A stretch of DNA of 64,000 nucleotides. Source: a virus. The notes beneath the pieces were generated by a model. It had not been told where the DNA came from. It was given only the letters and a program-made list of their open reading frames with translations, and did no database searches. Position 1 is the first letter of the stretch, and the number at the start of each line of letters is the position of its first letter. A program made the translations under genes and the position numbers. Location: IMG/VR virus record IMGVR_UViG_3300021142_000004; one strand, written 5' to 3'. Shown one piece after another: positions 38,618-48,448 of the stretch.

Positions 38618-40201
38618 CTATTTGTACACATCTAAAACATCCGTTTCAACTAATTCATCCGCTCTAATATAACCACGATTCTTAGTGAAAATCAAATGAT
38701 CTGGGGTACATTTTATACTTTTTCCAGTTTCTTCATCAATTATTTCTAAAATTTCAGAATTTTTTTTAGTTAATTTTCCGGTTAATATATCAACAAATTT
38801 ACCGTTTTCACTTTTTACTTTTAATTTTTCCGAAGTTTCAATTAAATCAATTACGTTTTTAATTGTTAAATTTTCAACATCACCATTTTCTCTTTGGATG
38901 TTTAATTGGACATCTCCAGTTAAACAACAGAGATTTGATTGTTTGATAACACCATAGTTTTGATGATTTGTTTTCTTATTAGCATTATCTTTAGAACATA
39001 AATAAGGTACACCAGTTTCAACCTGAGACTCAATTATTTTATTCCATATATCTTGTGCCTTAACTTTCCTACCAATACCTAATTCTACCGCCTTATTATA
39101 ATTCTCCAAATATTCATCACCATATGAATCTTGTAATGGTTTAATACCATTTTTAATGATGTCATTTGGACAGAATAAATACCAATCAGAGTCAGATTTA
39201 ACAGCCTCCATGAAGTTGTCAGGTATCCATAATGCAGTAAACAAATCCCTTGCCCTTAACTCTTCCGCACCTGTGTTCTTTTTAATCTCCAAAAGATCCA
39301 TTATATCTTTATGCCAAGGTTCAAGATATATTGCAGCACTACCAGGTCTTCTACCTTGTTGGTTAAAGAATCTTAATGATTCATTTATAATTTTAAGGTA
39401 TTTTAAAAGACCACCAGCATAACCACCTGATGATGAAATTCTACTTTCTTTACTTCTGATATTTGACATACATAAACCAATACCAGCAGCATCAGATGAA
39501 TATGTTGAGATATCATTCATTGTACCCAAAAGACCTTCTCTTGAATCTGCTTCATTATATTTCAACACACAAGATGCAAGTTGAGGAACTTTAGTACCAG
39601 CATTGATCATAATTGGTGTTGCAGGAGATATTAATTGTGTTGATAATGATTTGTAATATTCAACAGCATCTTCAAAAGATTTTGTTACCCACAAAGCCAC
39701 TCTCATATACATATGTTGTGGTCTTTCAGATAATTTACCCTTTGAGTTCTTTAACAAATACATTTCAGCCAATGATCTCCATGCAAAATAATCAAAATTA
39801 TAATCATTTTCATGATTAATAATATAATCTATTTTATCCGCACCATACTTTTCAATTGTGTTTATTAACTCAATATTTATAACACCCTCATCATATAGAG
39901 TTTTCATTGTCTCAGAAAAACTTGGGTTTGTTTTTTTATGATAAGAAGATATTGCAATTATGGCGGCCAATCTCGAATAATCGTGATGGCTACCAGTGTA
40001 TGATGCTGCAATTTCATATACCAATTTATCTATTTCTCTTGTTTTTATCTGACCTTCGGTTGGTACAGATGTGATAACTTTTATGAAAATCTCATCTGAA
40101 TTAACATTTAATCCTTTAGATGCTTTCTTTATTCTGTTGTAAATTTTTTGTGGGTTGAATGACTCATCACTCCCACTTCTTTTCTTAATTCTTAGTGACA
40201 T
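38618..40201 (-). CDS. nrdA: NrdA fragment 1 (ATP cone to catalytic Cys) with a 102-aa IntN1 (38621-38926)
   Basis: IKKRSG ATP cone, PATP, QLASC, QQGRRPG, ETGVPY, QSNLC|CLTGD...KCTPDHLIFTKNRGY...DEL*. Confidence 0.95.
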   Translation of the reverse strand: MSLRIKKRSGSDESFNPQKIYNRIKKASKGLNVNSDEIFIKVITSVPTEGQIKTREIDKLVYEIAASYTGSHHDYSRLAAIIAISSYHKKTNPSFSETMKTLYDEGVINIELINTIEKYGADKIDYIINHENDYNFDYFAWRSLAEMYLLKNSKGKLSERPQHMYMRVALWVTKSFEDAVEYYKSLSTQLISPATPIMINAGTKVPQLASCVLKYNEADSREGLLGTMNDISTYSSDAAGIGLCMSNIRSKESRISSSGGYAGGLLKYLKIINESLRFFNQQGRRPGSAAIYLEPWHKDIMDLLEIKKNTGAEELRARDLFTALWIPDNFMEAVKSDSDWYLFCPNDIIKNGIKPLQDSYGDEYLENYNKAVELGIGRKVKAQDIWNKIIESQVETGVPYLCSKDNANKKTNHQNYGVIKQSNLCCLTGDVQLNIQRENGDVENLTIKNVIDLIETSEKLKVKSENGKFVDILTGKLTKKNSEILEIIDEETGKSIKCTPDHLIFTKNRGYIRADELVETDVLDVYK

Positions 40202-40213
40202 AAATTATAAATA

Positions 40214-41164
40214 TTAAAAATCATCAGTAAATGTTAAACTTTCTCCCAATTTTGCTTTTTGGTATTCTACCGTTCTTGATTCAAAGAAATTACCCTTTGT
40301 TTCAATTGCAATTTGTTCCATAAATTTAAATGGTTGTTCAACGTTAAATTCTTTCTTACAACCCATTTTTACCAATAAACCATCAACAACAAACTCCAAA
40401 TATTGTTTCATTAAATTATCATTCATACCTATCAAAGATACTGGTAATGATTCTGTAATGAACTCTTTTTCTATCTCTAAAGCAGATAATAAAATCTGTC
40501 TAATTCTTTCTTCACTTGGTTTATTTTCAAGGTGATTATTTAAAATATTAATTGCAAAATCACAATGTAAATTTTCATCCTTAAAAATCAAAGTATTTGC
40601 ATTACATAAACCTTGCATAATACCTCTTGATTTTAACCAAAAGATAGAACAAAAAGATCCAGAGAAGAATATACCCTCAACTGCAGCAAACGCTACCAAT
40701 CTTTCTTGAAAAGATGCACTTTCAATCCAATCTAATGCCCACTTTGCTTTCTTCTGAACTGCGGGTAATCTATCAATTGCATGAAAACATTCGTCTTTCT
40801 CTTTTTCATTGGTGATATAAGTATCAATCAACAATGAATACATCAAGGAATGTATATTTTCCATAGCAATTTGAAAACCATAGAAAAACTTAGCTTCTGT
40901 ATATTGTACTTCTTTATAGAAGTTTTCTGCCAAGTTTTCATTTACAATTCCATCAGATGCTGCAAAGAATGATAAAACATTTTTAATAAAAAACTTTTCA
41001 TTATCTGTTAATTTACCCCAATCTTTGATATCACCACTCAAATCAATTTCTTCCGCTGTCCAAAATGCAGATTGGTGACTCTTATAAAATTCCCATAAAT
41101 CATTATGTTCAATGGGAAACAATACAAACCTGTCCGGATTTTCCGTTAAAATTCTTTCTTTCAT
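40214..41164 (-). CDS. nrdB: Class Ia ribonucleotide reductase beta subunit
   Basis: [20 protein letters not shown] (radical Tyr), [15 protein letters not shown] and NFFE. Confidence 0.96.
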   Translation of the reverse strand: MKERILTENPDRFVLFPIEHNDLWEFYKSHQSAFWTAEEIDLSGDIKDWGKLTDNEKFFIKNVLSFFAASDGIVNENLAENFYKEVQYTEAKFFYGFQIAMENIHSLMYSLLIDTYITNEKEKDECFHAIDRLPAVQKKAKWALDWIESASFQERLVAFAAVEGIFFSGSFCSIFWLKSRGIMQGLCNANTLIFKDENLHCDFAINILNNHLENKPSEERIRQILLSALEIEKEFITESLPVSLIGMNDNLMKQYLEFVVDGLLVKMGCKKEFNVEQPFKFMEQIAIETKGNFFESRTVEYQKAKLGESLTFTDDF

Positions 41165-41178
41165 TTTATTTTTTTATT

Positions 41179-43623
41179 TTATTGATTATTGGCCATTTGG
41201 TTTCTCCTTTGATACGCCTCTCTAGCCCTATTAATATTGTTCTTTGTCTTTTCTTCTTCGTGACCTAATAACGTATTTTGCATCTCTGTGTCGATATCCA
41301 AATATTCATTATTAAATTTACAATTTTGAAACACAACACCATCTTTACCAATACGAGATTTAAGTAATGTTAAAGTTGCTAAGTTATGTTCTTTTTGTTC
41401 CAAAGTTTTACCGATAGATAAAATAACGTGACCAATTTGTGCTTTCTTAATAGAACCACCCATTTGATCTGCGGTAACCACTTCAGATGATATTGAATCA
41501 CGATTACCTTGTGTTGCCGTCCATATTGCCATTTCAAACTCACTGGTCATTGACTCCAATTGTCTCATAATTGACCCTTCTCCCTTCCATTCTTCCCCGT
41601 TATTTGACCTTTCAGGTGAAATACAGTCAACGTAGTCAATCAACAATAAATCGACCTTAAATCCGTCTGAATACATCTTTCTGATTTTAGATTTAATCTC
41701 AGAAATAGTAACACCATCAGATTGTAATTTCAATAATTTAATTGAACCTTTTGTGTTATCTTGTATTTCCTTAAGACGAAACAAAACTTCTTCTTTGTTA
41801 TCACTTTGTTCATCAGGTGCGATACCTGACCAAATTGTATAGTGTTTTCTTTTAATATTACCTCGATTATCTTCAAAAAATACTTGAAGTACATTATAAC
41901 CTAAATTATAAGCAGTGTTTGCAAATTTAGTTAATAATGTTGTGTTATGTGTTAATACATAATCCCTAGTAACAAATAATTCATCTGTATTTGATACTTT
42001 TATACATACCGCTTCTTCGTTATGTGAAAAATTAATTGATTTAATAAATTTTTGTGAAATATATTTTTTTCTTTTTCTAAATCTTTCTATTTTTCTTATT
42101 AATCTAAATGGTACAATATTATTTGAAAAAGATATTGTTACAACATATGCCATTTGATCTAACTTTTTAAAACCTTTATATTTAAAAGTTGGTTGTTTTA
42201 AAGTTATATTACATGTTCCACCTAATGATAAAACTAATTCTCTAATATTTAACGATAAATCTTTTGAAATTGTTATTATTTGTGTACAACCTTTTTTATC
42301 CACATAACCATCAGTGTCCATTAAACCTTGTAAAATTGATAATCTAACTTCAAATGAATTATATAAATAATCATTTGGGATAAATTTATTATTAGATTCT
42401 GTCCCCAATAAATTATATTTTTCTAAATCTTTTTTAATTGTGTAATTTAATAAAATTTTCTTTATTGTTTTTATACCAGTTAATGTTTCTCTTTCATATT
42501 CATTAAATGATGTATGAATATTCAAATGTTTAATATTATCGAATATTTCATCATCTTTAGTTGAAATTTGTATTGTATCACAACCTAAACAACCATCACC
42601 CAAGAGTAAACCTAATAAATATGGATCAATAAATACTTCTTTTTCATTAAAGTTAATTGGTTCAACAATAGGTAAACGATAATTATATCTACCTCGTTTT
42701 TTTATATCCAACATCATTTCAGATGTTTTCATAACTTTATAATTGTTATTTGGTTTATATAAAGATTTACCATTTTTTCTTATTTTTGTTGTTCTCATAT
42801 TAAGAGTATTAACTGACCATAAATGTTCTTGATCACAGTTAACAAAAGTATTATCAGTAAATTCAACTCTATATATTGGTCTATTACCTTGTGGAAAAAC
42901 CCCTATTGTAAATTGTTCATTACCATCAGAACCTATAATTTTATCACCACATTTAATATCCCCAATTTTCATCCAACCATTTGGAGTCAATATTGGTTCA
43001 CTTATAGGTAATGCTTTACCAGTACCAGTTGGTGCTAATACAACACCCAATTCACCTAATCCTAAACCACCTTTTAAAAGATTATCAATACCTACAATAC
43101 CTGTTGGTATTGGATGTCTAAAATCTTTCTCTAAAGCACCTTCAATATCGTGAAATACATCTGTTGCGTCATCATTAATAATACCAACTTGTAACGCCTT
43201 TTGAATGATTTGTTCAATTTTTGCATAATTTTCAAAATCACCATTTTCAATAATACTTTGTACGTTTTTAAGTTCTCTCTTTAAATTTTGTTGTTTACAA
43301 AAATTAAGTGCGGTATCTTTAACATATTCTGTTTCAACACTATTTTTAATTATTTCTAGTGTGTCAATGTGAATTCTAGCAGATTCTTTATTACCGTTTT
43401 CTGCCATTATCTTTTGAGCTAACGTATTATAATCAGGAATTTTATTATATGATCTATATAATTCTTTCAAGTTCTCCATAATAAACTTAAAAGCATTATT
43501 ATCAAAGAAACGTGATTCTATTACATCAATGATGTTCTCACCATACTTTTTATCCTCAATAATCGCTTTGATTAATGATTGTTGAAACGTAGCACCCAAA
43601 TACCCAAAATTCCTTTCTTCCAT
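41179..43623 (-). CDS. dnaB: Replicative DnaB/gp41-like helicase containing a 357-aa intein
   Basis: PTGIVGID, Walker A APTGTGK|T, LLIDYVD, TATQGNR and KSRIG. Confidence 0.92.
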   Translation of the reverse strand: MEERNFGYLGATFQQSLIKAIIEDKKYGENIIDVIESRFFDNNAFKFIMENLKELYRSYNKIPDYNTLAQKIMAENGNKESARIHIDTLEIIKNSVETEYVKDTALNFCKQQNLKRELKNVQSIIENGDFENYAKIEQIIQKALQVGIINDDATDVFHDIEGALEKDFRHPIPTGIVGIDNLLKGGLGLGELGVVLAPTGTGKALPISEPILTPNGWMKIGDIKCGDKIIGSDGNEQFTIGVFPQGNRPIYRVEFTDNTFVNCDQEHLWSVNTLNMRTTKIRKNGKSLYKPNNNYKVMKTSEMMLDIKKRGRYNYRLPIVEPINFNEKEVFIDPYLLGLLLGDGCLGCDTIQISTKDDEIFDNIKHLNIHTSFNEYERETLTGIKTIKKILLNYTIKKDLEKYNLLGTESNNKFIPNDYLYNSFEVRLSILQGLMDTDGYVDKKGCTQIITISKDLSLNIRELVLSLGGTCNITLKQPTFKYKGFKKLDQMAYVVTISFSNNIVPFRLIRKIERFRKRKKYISQKFIKSINFSHNEEAVCIKVSNTDELFVTRDYVLTHNTTLLTKFANTAYNLGYNVLQVFFEDNRGNIKRKHYTIWSGIAPDEQSDNKEEVLFRLKEIQDNTKGSIKLLKLQSDGVTISEIKSKIRKMYSDGFKVDLLLIDYVDCISPERSNNGEEWKGEGSIMRQLESMTSEFEMAIWTATQGNRDSISSEVVTADQMGGSIKKAQIGHVILSIGKTLEQKEHNLATLTLLKSRIGKDGVVFQNCKFNNEYLDIDTEMQNTLLGHEEEKTKNNINRAREAYQRRNQMANNQ
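41944..43014 (-). mobile_element. Class-3 (Ala1, WCT-triplet) intein with LAGLIDADG endonuclease
   Basis: Starts ALPISEPILTPNG; EHLW (Trp B12), AVCIKV (Cys F4), VLTHN (Thr G5); YLLGLLLGDG and LQGLMDTDG motifs; +1 residue is Thr. Confidence 0.9.
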
Positions 43624-43641
43624 ATTAATTTTTTTTTTTAA

Positions 43642-44088
43642 TTATAAATTATAACCCAAATAGGTTGTTTCCAATTCTTCCATTGACATAATTGTTGTCA
43701 AATCGGTTAAAAAGTTTTTTAACATTGGACGAATATCAACCGTATATCTCACCTTTGGATGAAACACATATGCGGGGAATATTCTTTGAATAAATACGTG
43801 ATCATTTTGTTTAATTTGCAACAAAAAGTATTCATTTTCCACTGCGGTCGTATCTTCCACATCTTCCAAACCAAGGATATATTCCTTATTTTCACACAAA
43901 TAATTGGAACTTTTTATTTTCAAATCTTCAGATATTTTTCTACAAATATTTTTTACATATTCATGTAAATCCATCGACCTTGTTGCTTGAGGATTGAAAT
44001 CCCTAACGTTAAAATACCTCTGACAAATGATGTTTCCTTCCAATGTTAATAGAAACTCTAACTTTGTTAACTCTTGATTGTTACTCAT
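43642..44088 (-). CDS. Hypothetical phage protein
   Basis: 148-aa coupled ORF within the replication operon. Confidence 0.7.
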   Translation of the reverse strand: MSNNQELTKLEFLLTLEGNIICQRYFNVRDFNPQATRSMDLHEYVKNICRKISEDLKIKSSNYLCENKEYILGLEDVEDTTAVENEYFLLQIKQNDHVFIQRIFPAYVFHPKVRYTVDIRPMLKNFLTDLTTIMSMEELETTYLGYNL

Positions 44089-45109
44089 GATTGTTAATTT
44101 TAATTGTTCTTGTTAATTTTTTGTTTTTTTCTTTTCTTGTTAATCTTAAAAATGGATTTAAAAAGTTAATCCACGCATCTTCTGATTTTGGTAAAACATT
44201 GAATATTCCATCCTGAACCATCATCTTCATGGTATTCTTATACGACCTACCCTCAGAATCCATATTTTCATTGATTAAATTAGTAATCTCTTCTTTTGCA
44301 TCATCCGTTAAGAACGGTACATCAAGACTCACTATTCGATTATTGACATCGAAAAACTCGTCACCTAAGACACCATGTTTTGTAACACCTGTCAATAAAT
44401 TAGTTATTGTCTTACTTTTGTTATTTTGTTCAAAAAGGAGATTACCTTTTTCTTTGATGTAGTCTACACTAAGGGGAGTTGTTTTCAGTTCAGGGAATAG
44501 GGATAAAAATGTTTTTACCCCAAGACCCTTAATACCTGAAATACTATCTGACTTATCACCACACATCATCTTAATCATCTTAACATTTTCAATTAAAACT
44601 TCTTGATGTTCATATATAATAATATCACTACTATTATACAATTTTTGGTGTGATGGATTAAACAATTTTGTATTTGGAGATACTAATTGTGTTAAATCAC
44701 CATCAGATGAGTATATAATTTTGTTTTCATTGGGTGAATTTTGAACATAATATGCAATATTATCATCGGTTTCACAATACTTATATTCACCTTGTCTAAC
44801 ATAAAGTTCTTCAAGGTATTGTTGTATACGTGATCTTTGATAGTTATAAGAGTTAATTTCTTCCTCACTCTTGGTTTTAGTTTTCCTATCTTCCTTATAA
44901 TAAGGATATATAAGTTTTCTACTTCTAGACCCTTCTTCACCATCCCAAAATACAACTATTTTATCTAAGTTGTAAGTCTCAAATGATCTCCTAAGAGTAT
45001 TGAGAAAATGAAAAATTCCCCCAATATGTTGTCCTTTATAGAAATAGTTTTTAACCCCGTAAAAACCTTGTATTAAAAGATTGTCACCATCTACCAGTAA
45101 TACTGACAT
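44081..45109 (-). CDS. 5'-3' exonuclease / T4 RNase H-like (PIN/FEN fold)
   Basis: LLVDGDN, VFWDG, YK..R, ETDD, SSDGDL and GDKSDSISGIKGLGVKT. Confidence 0.92.
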   Translation of the reverse strand: MSVLLVDGDNLLIQGFYGVKNYFYKGQHIGGIFHFLNTLRRSFETYNLDKIVVFWDGEEGSRSRKLIYPYYKEDRKTKTKSEEEINSYNYQRSRIQQYLEELYVRQGEYKYCETDDNIAYYVQNSPNENKIIYSSDGDLTQLVSPNTKLFNPSHQKLYNSSDIIIYEHQEVLIENVKMIKMMCGDKSDSISGIKGLGVKTFLSLFPELKTTPLSVDYIKEKGNLLFEQNNKSKTITNLLTGVTKHGVLGDEFFDVNNRIVSLDVPFLTDDAKEEITNLINENMDSEGRSYKNTMKMMVQDGIFNVLPKSEDAWINFLNPFLRLTRKEKNKKLTRTIKINNHE

Positions 45110-45135
45110 TCATGTTTATTTATTGTTAAAAAATA

Positions 45136-46122
45136 CTATTCTTCCTCGAATTCTTTACTTGTTTCAGTAAAGTCGATTTCTCCTGTTCCACTTAAAATAC
45201 CATTCCAATAATCGGAATATTGTTTTTTGTATTCTTCCAATGCTTCTTTTGTATCCTCAATATAACCTTGAGGTACTGCGATGATTTTACCATCTTTATA
45301 AGAAAGACCACTCATATGGTTTTTAACCACAGATACCTTAGTCCTTGTACCAAATGTAACCTTTCTACCATTTTTGGTAGCGTCAATATGACTGATACCC
45401 GCTTTCTTTTGATTACCAAATAAAAATACCAATGTACATGCCAACCATATAGCTTCACCACCTTTTGCTTTAATTTCTGGTTGTCCAAATGGATTATCCG
45501 GTAAATCAACCCAAGGTTGGTTAACTATAACCATAGTATTATAATATGGGTAATCTTCTTTTTTAGATTTAGATATTCTTGAATGAATACCCATACCTAT
45601 CTTATCAGATAATACGGATGCATTGTGCATCTTACCACCTTTACCTTCATAAGTCATTTTACATGGTATTGAACCTACTGAATCCCATAAAAATACTAAA
45701 TTACGAGGTATTTCACCTTTTTCTTGTGCATCTAATAATTCATTGACAAAATCTGTTGCTTGTTCGATATAATCAAATGTATCATTGAATATAAAATCAC
45801 CTTCCCATTCTCCATCAGAATTCTTAGTTGCTTGTAATCCTAATTCAACTGCGTGTTTCCAATCCCATTTTTTCTCTGTGATAATAAAAACAGGTAGATC
45901 ACCTTTCTTTTGTGCATCTGCTGCAGATAAAATCATTGCCGTTGTTTTTGATGAGTTGGAATGTCCTAAAAACATATTAATTCCACCCATTATAGGTCCC
46001 GGTACACCTGATGCTTTAAAGAAAGCATCACCACAAAAGTAAAAATTTTGTTCTTTGTATTTTGTTTTACTTGAATACTTACTTTTGTAATCCCCAATTT
46101 CTTTTTTCTTAATTGTTGCCAT
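45136..46122 (-). CDS. RecA/UvsX-like recombinase
   Basis: P.GGI...GHSNSSKTT, IITE, LWDSVG, VNQ, KGG.A and VVKNH. Confidence 0.85.
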   Translation of the reverse strand: MATIKKKEIGDYKSKYSSKTKYKEQNFYFCGDAFFKASGVPGPIMGGINMFLGHSNSSKTTAMILSAADAQKKGDLPVFIITEKKWDWKHAVELGLQATKNSDGEWEGDFIFNDTFDYIEQATDFVNELLDAQEKGEIPRNLVFLWDSVGSIPCKMTYEGKGGKMHNASVLSDKIGMGIHSRISKSKKEDYPYYNTMVIVNQPWVDLPDNPFGQPEIKAKGGEAIWLACTLVFLFGNQKKAGISHIDATKNGRKVTFGTRTKVSVVKNHMSGLSYKDGKIIAVPQGYIEDTKEALEEYKKQYSDYWNGILSGTGEIDFTETSKEFEEE

Positions 46123-46135
46123 TTTCTTTTTTTGA

Positions 46136-46182
46136 TAAAAATGGCACAGACATTAATATTAATTAATAAATAAGTCTGTGCC
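46136..46182 (-). terminator. Intrinsic terminator/attenuator after the SSB gene
   Basis: GGCACAGAC/GTCTGTGCC stem with an AT-rich loop and a T-run on the minus strand. Confidence 0.6.
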
Positions 46183-46205
46183 GTAAAGTTTATTGTTTTT
46201 TTAAA

Positions 46206-47051
46206 TTAGAACGGAAGATCATCTGCGGGTTCATCATCTTCTTGTGGGTCAACAATTTTTGGTGTTGAAGTTTTTGGACTACCAATAGTTTCATCAGAAA
46301 CTGTCATTGACACATATTTCTTCAAATCAGCATCCCACTTTGGTGTTTCACCATTTGCAACCAAATCCAAGTAATCTTCTGATTTTTTTGCATAAGCGGT
46401 ATCCCATGTCATTTCATCATTAATCCACTTATCAGCAATTGACTGATCAGTATGTAATGGTGCTTTATCTTCAGGGATGATAGATGATACTGCGGTATAT
46501 TCACCACCAGTATTTGATTTTAGAAGTGACAATGAAAGTGTCAAATCACGACCTTCCTTAATATCTGCAAGATTTCCTCTGTTTCTCCAAATTGGAACAA
46601 TCTTATCTAAGATACCATCTCCTTTTGAAGCGTGTTTAAATCTCCAGAACTTAGGTCCATCTGCTTCATTATCTCTGTCGATAACTTTAACAATATAAAA
46701 CTTCTTAGAAGTATATTGTCTTGCCAGTTCTTTGTCTTCTGGTTTTTTGGTCATTAGTAAACCTTCCTTTACTTCGTTTAAAGGAGAACGTTTACCATCT
46801 TGTTTTGGATCGTAAAGTTTTACTTTCTTTCCATCCACATAAATTTCGTGGAAATAAGCTTCAACGAATGGTGTTGAACCGTCCTTAGTAGGTAGGATTC
46901 TGATTCTTTTTTCACCAGTGGTTTGTCCTTTCGGTAAAACCGTGTTGAAATACTTTTTTAATCTGTCTGCTTCAGACATCTGTGGGGTTCCATTGTAAGA
47001 ACCATTCTTGTTTTTTTCGTACTGTGCCAGTACCGCGTCAAATGTACTCAT
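46206..47051 (-). CDS. Single-stranded DNA-binding protein (gp32-like)
   Basis: IRILP...PF.E.YFH, VIDRD...GPKFWRF, GRDL and acidic C-terminal DDLPF. Confidence 0.85.
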   Translation of the reverse strand: MSTFDAVLAQYEKNKNGSYNGTPQMSEADRLKKYFNTVLPKGQTTGEKRIRILPTKDGSTPFVEAYFHEIYVDGKKVKLYDPKQDGKRSPLNEVKEGLLMTKKPEDKELARQYTSKKFYIVKVIDRDNEADGPKFWRFKHASKGDGILDKIVPIWRNRGNLADIKEGRDLTLSLSLLKSNTGGEYTAVSSIIPEDKAPLHTDQSIADKWINDEMTWDTAYAKKSEDYLDLVANGETPKWDADLKKYVSMTVSDETIGSPKTSTPKIVDPQEDDEPADDLPF

Positions 47052-47081
47052 AATTGTTGTTTAAATATCTTTGTAATAAAT

Positions 47082-47089
47082 CAAATATA
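47082..47089 (-). promoter_or_regulatory. TAnnTTTG -7 element heading the SSB-recA-dnaB-nrd operon
   Basis: TATATTTG on the minus strand, 30 nt before the ATG. Confidence 0.6.
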
Positions 47090-47146
47090 GTAAAATAAAA
47101 TCAATAAAAAAAATGGATTAGTCGTTTTTTTTAAATAAAGTTTTTC

Positions 47147-47518
47147 TTACTCTAAAGTAAGTAGATACGATAACTTATTAACTTCACCCAACATTTCGTC
47201 ACGTATATTTAATAAGTTAGTATCTGTCTCGTCAAATTCATCAGTAAATTGTATAAGTGCTTCTCTAATAGTCTTAATCATAGATTTCATATCAATTTCA
47301 CTTAAATTTTTCAACTCAAGTGTCTTATCATCACCTTCTAATACAAATCTACCATATTTACCCATGGCTTCCTCAACAAACTTATCAATTAATTCAATAA
47401 GTTCATCATATATACCACCAAAGGCATTATGTCTAGCAAACCCTTTAGTTTGCCAATGGTTAATTTTAAATTGTGCGTGAACTTCCATAAAGAATTTCAC
47501 CTTAGAACCTATATTCAT
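47147..47518 (-). CDS. Ferritin/Dps-like four-helix protein (DUF5856-like)
   Basis: HWQT...H.A....YD......D.FVE..MGKYGR and NIRDEM...N...YLLTL. Confidence 0.75.
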   Translation of the reverse strand: MNIGSKVKFFMEVHAQFKINHWQTKGFARHNAFGGIYDELIELIDKFVEEAMGKYGRFVLEGDDKTLELKNLSEIDMKSMIKTIREALIQFTDEFDETDTNLLNIRDEMLGEVNKLSYLLTLE

Positions 47519-48200
47519 CGTCTTCTTTTTCAGGGTTAAATGTATCTTTTATAGTGTTTTTAGAATAGTTACTAATATCATCCTTTCTTAATACATATTC
47601 ATTTTTACCACTTGTTCTCATTTCAGCTTGTTTCTGATTAAAGAAGTCAGTTGGTTTTTGACTAAATGGATATGAATCTAATGATCTCATTTCTAATTTC
47701 TCTACCGGTGTTTCAGGTTTCATTTGTTTAACCTCAGCACCTAATTGATCAATTTTTTGAATAACAGCATCCATTTCAGATAATTTTGCTGCCAAGTCAT
47801 CTAATTTAGTAAATACATCATCCATTTTAGATAAAACAGAACCATGATCTTGTTTACTTGATTCAACATCTTTTTTAATGTTTTTAGTCATATTAACTAA
47901 ATCAGTAATATCAATTTCTTCTGTTGAATCTGCTTCGGGTAATGGTGCATCTGCCGGTGGTGCTCCTGTATCTCCTGCTGGTGGTGTTCCTGTATCTCCT
48001 GCTGGTGGTGCTCCAGCACCTAAATCACCCCCTGCTGGTGGTGCATCCGCACCAGATGCAGGTGGAACATCTCCTCCTGCTGGTGGTGAGTCTGCACCGG
48101 GTGCTGGAGGTAAATCTGCTTGTTCATTTATAAATCTTTTTCCGTAATTATTGATTTCTCTGTAACGCAATAATTCTTCGTGTAATTGTTTTTCTAACAT
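47502..48200 (-). CDS. Hypothetical protein with Pro/Ala/Gly repeat linker and coiled coil
   Basis: PPAG repeats at aa 30-88. Confidence 0.7.
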   Translation of the reverse strand: MLEKQLHEELLRYREINNYGKRFINEQADLPPAPGADSPPAGGDVPPASGADAPPAGGDLGAGAPPAGDTGTPPAGDTGAPPADAPLPEADSTEEIDITDLVNMTKNIKKDVESSKQDHGSVLSKMDDVFTKLDDLAAKLSEMDAVIQKIDQLGAEVKQMKPETPVEKLEMRSLDSYPFSQKPTDFFNQKQAEMRTSGKNEYVLRKDDISNYSKNTIKDTFNPEKEDDEYRF

Positions 48201-48205
48201 GGTTC

Positions 48206-48409
48206 TTAGTCTTGTAATAATTGTCTACCGTCTTCGGTAATGAATCTTTTATTTATTCTTTCAACGATACCGTCTTTAGATTTTATTGTGTAACATTCAC
48301 CAGTTTGTAAATCACAAACTTCTTGTTCTTTTCCGTTATTAGAAAAATTCTTAACCACATTTGGATTTAAGAATTGGTCTAATGAATTATTTATTTTATT
48401 ATTATCCAT
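48206..48409 (-). CDS. Small hypothetical protein
   Basis: 67 aa with CDLQTGEC; TATTTAT upstream. Confidence 0.65.
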   Translation of the reverse strand: MDNNKINNSLDQFLNPNVVKNFSNNGKEQEVCDLQTGECYTIKSKDGIVERINKRFITEDGRQLLQD

Positions 48410-48448
48410 AATGTTTTATTATAAATATCTCAATTTTCACTAATGTTC

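Noticed and set aside
47950-48110. GC-richer CCTGCTGGTGGTG repeats
   Set aside because: Explained by a coding Pro/Ala/Gly linker; not a mobile or regulatory repeat.
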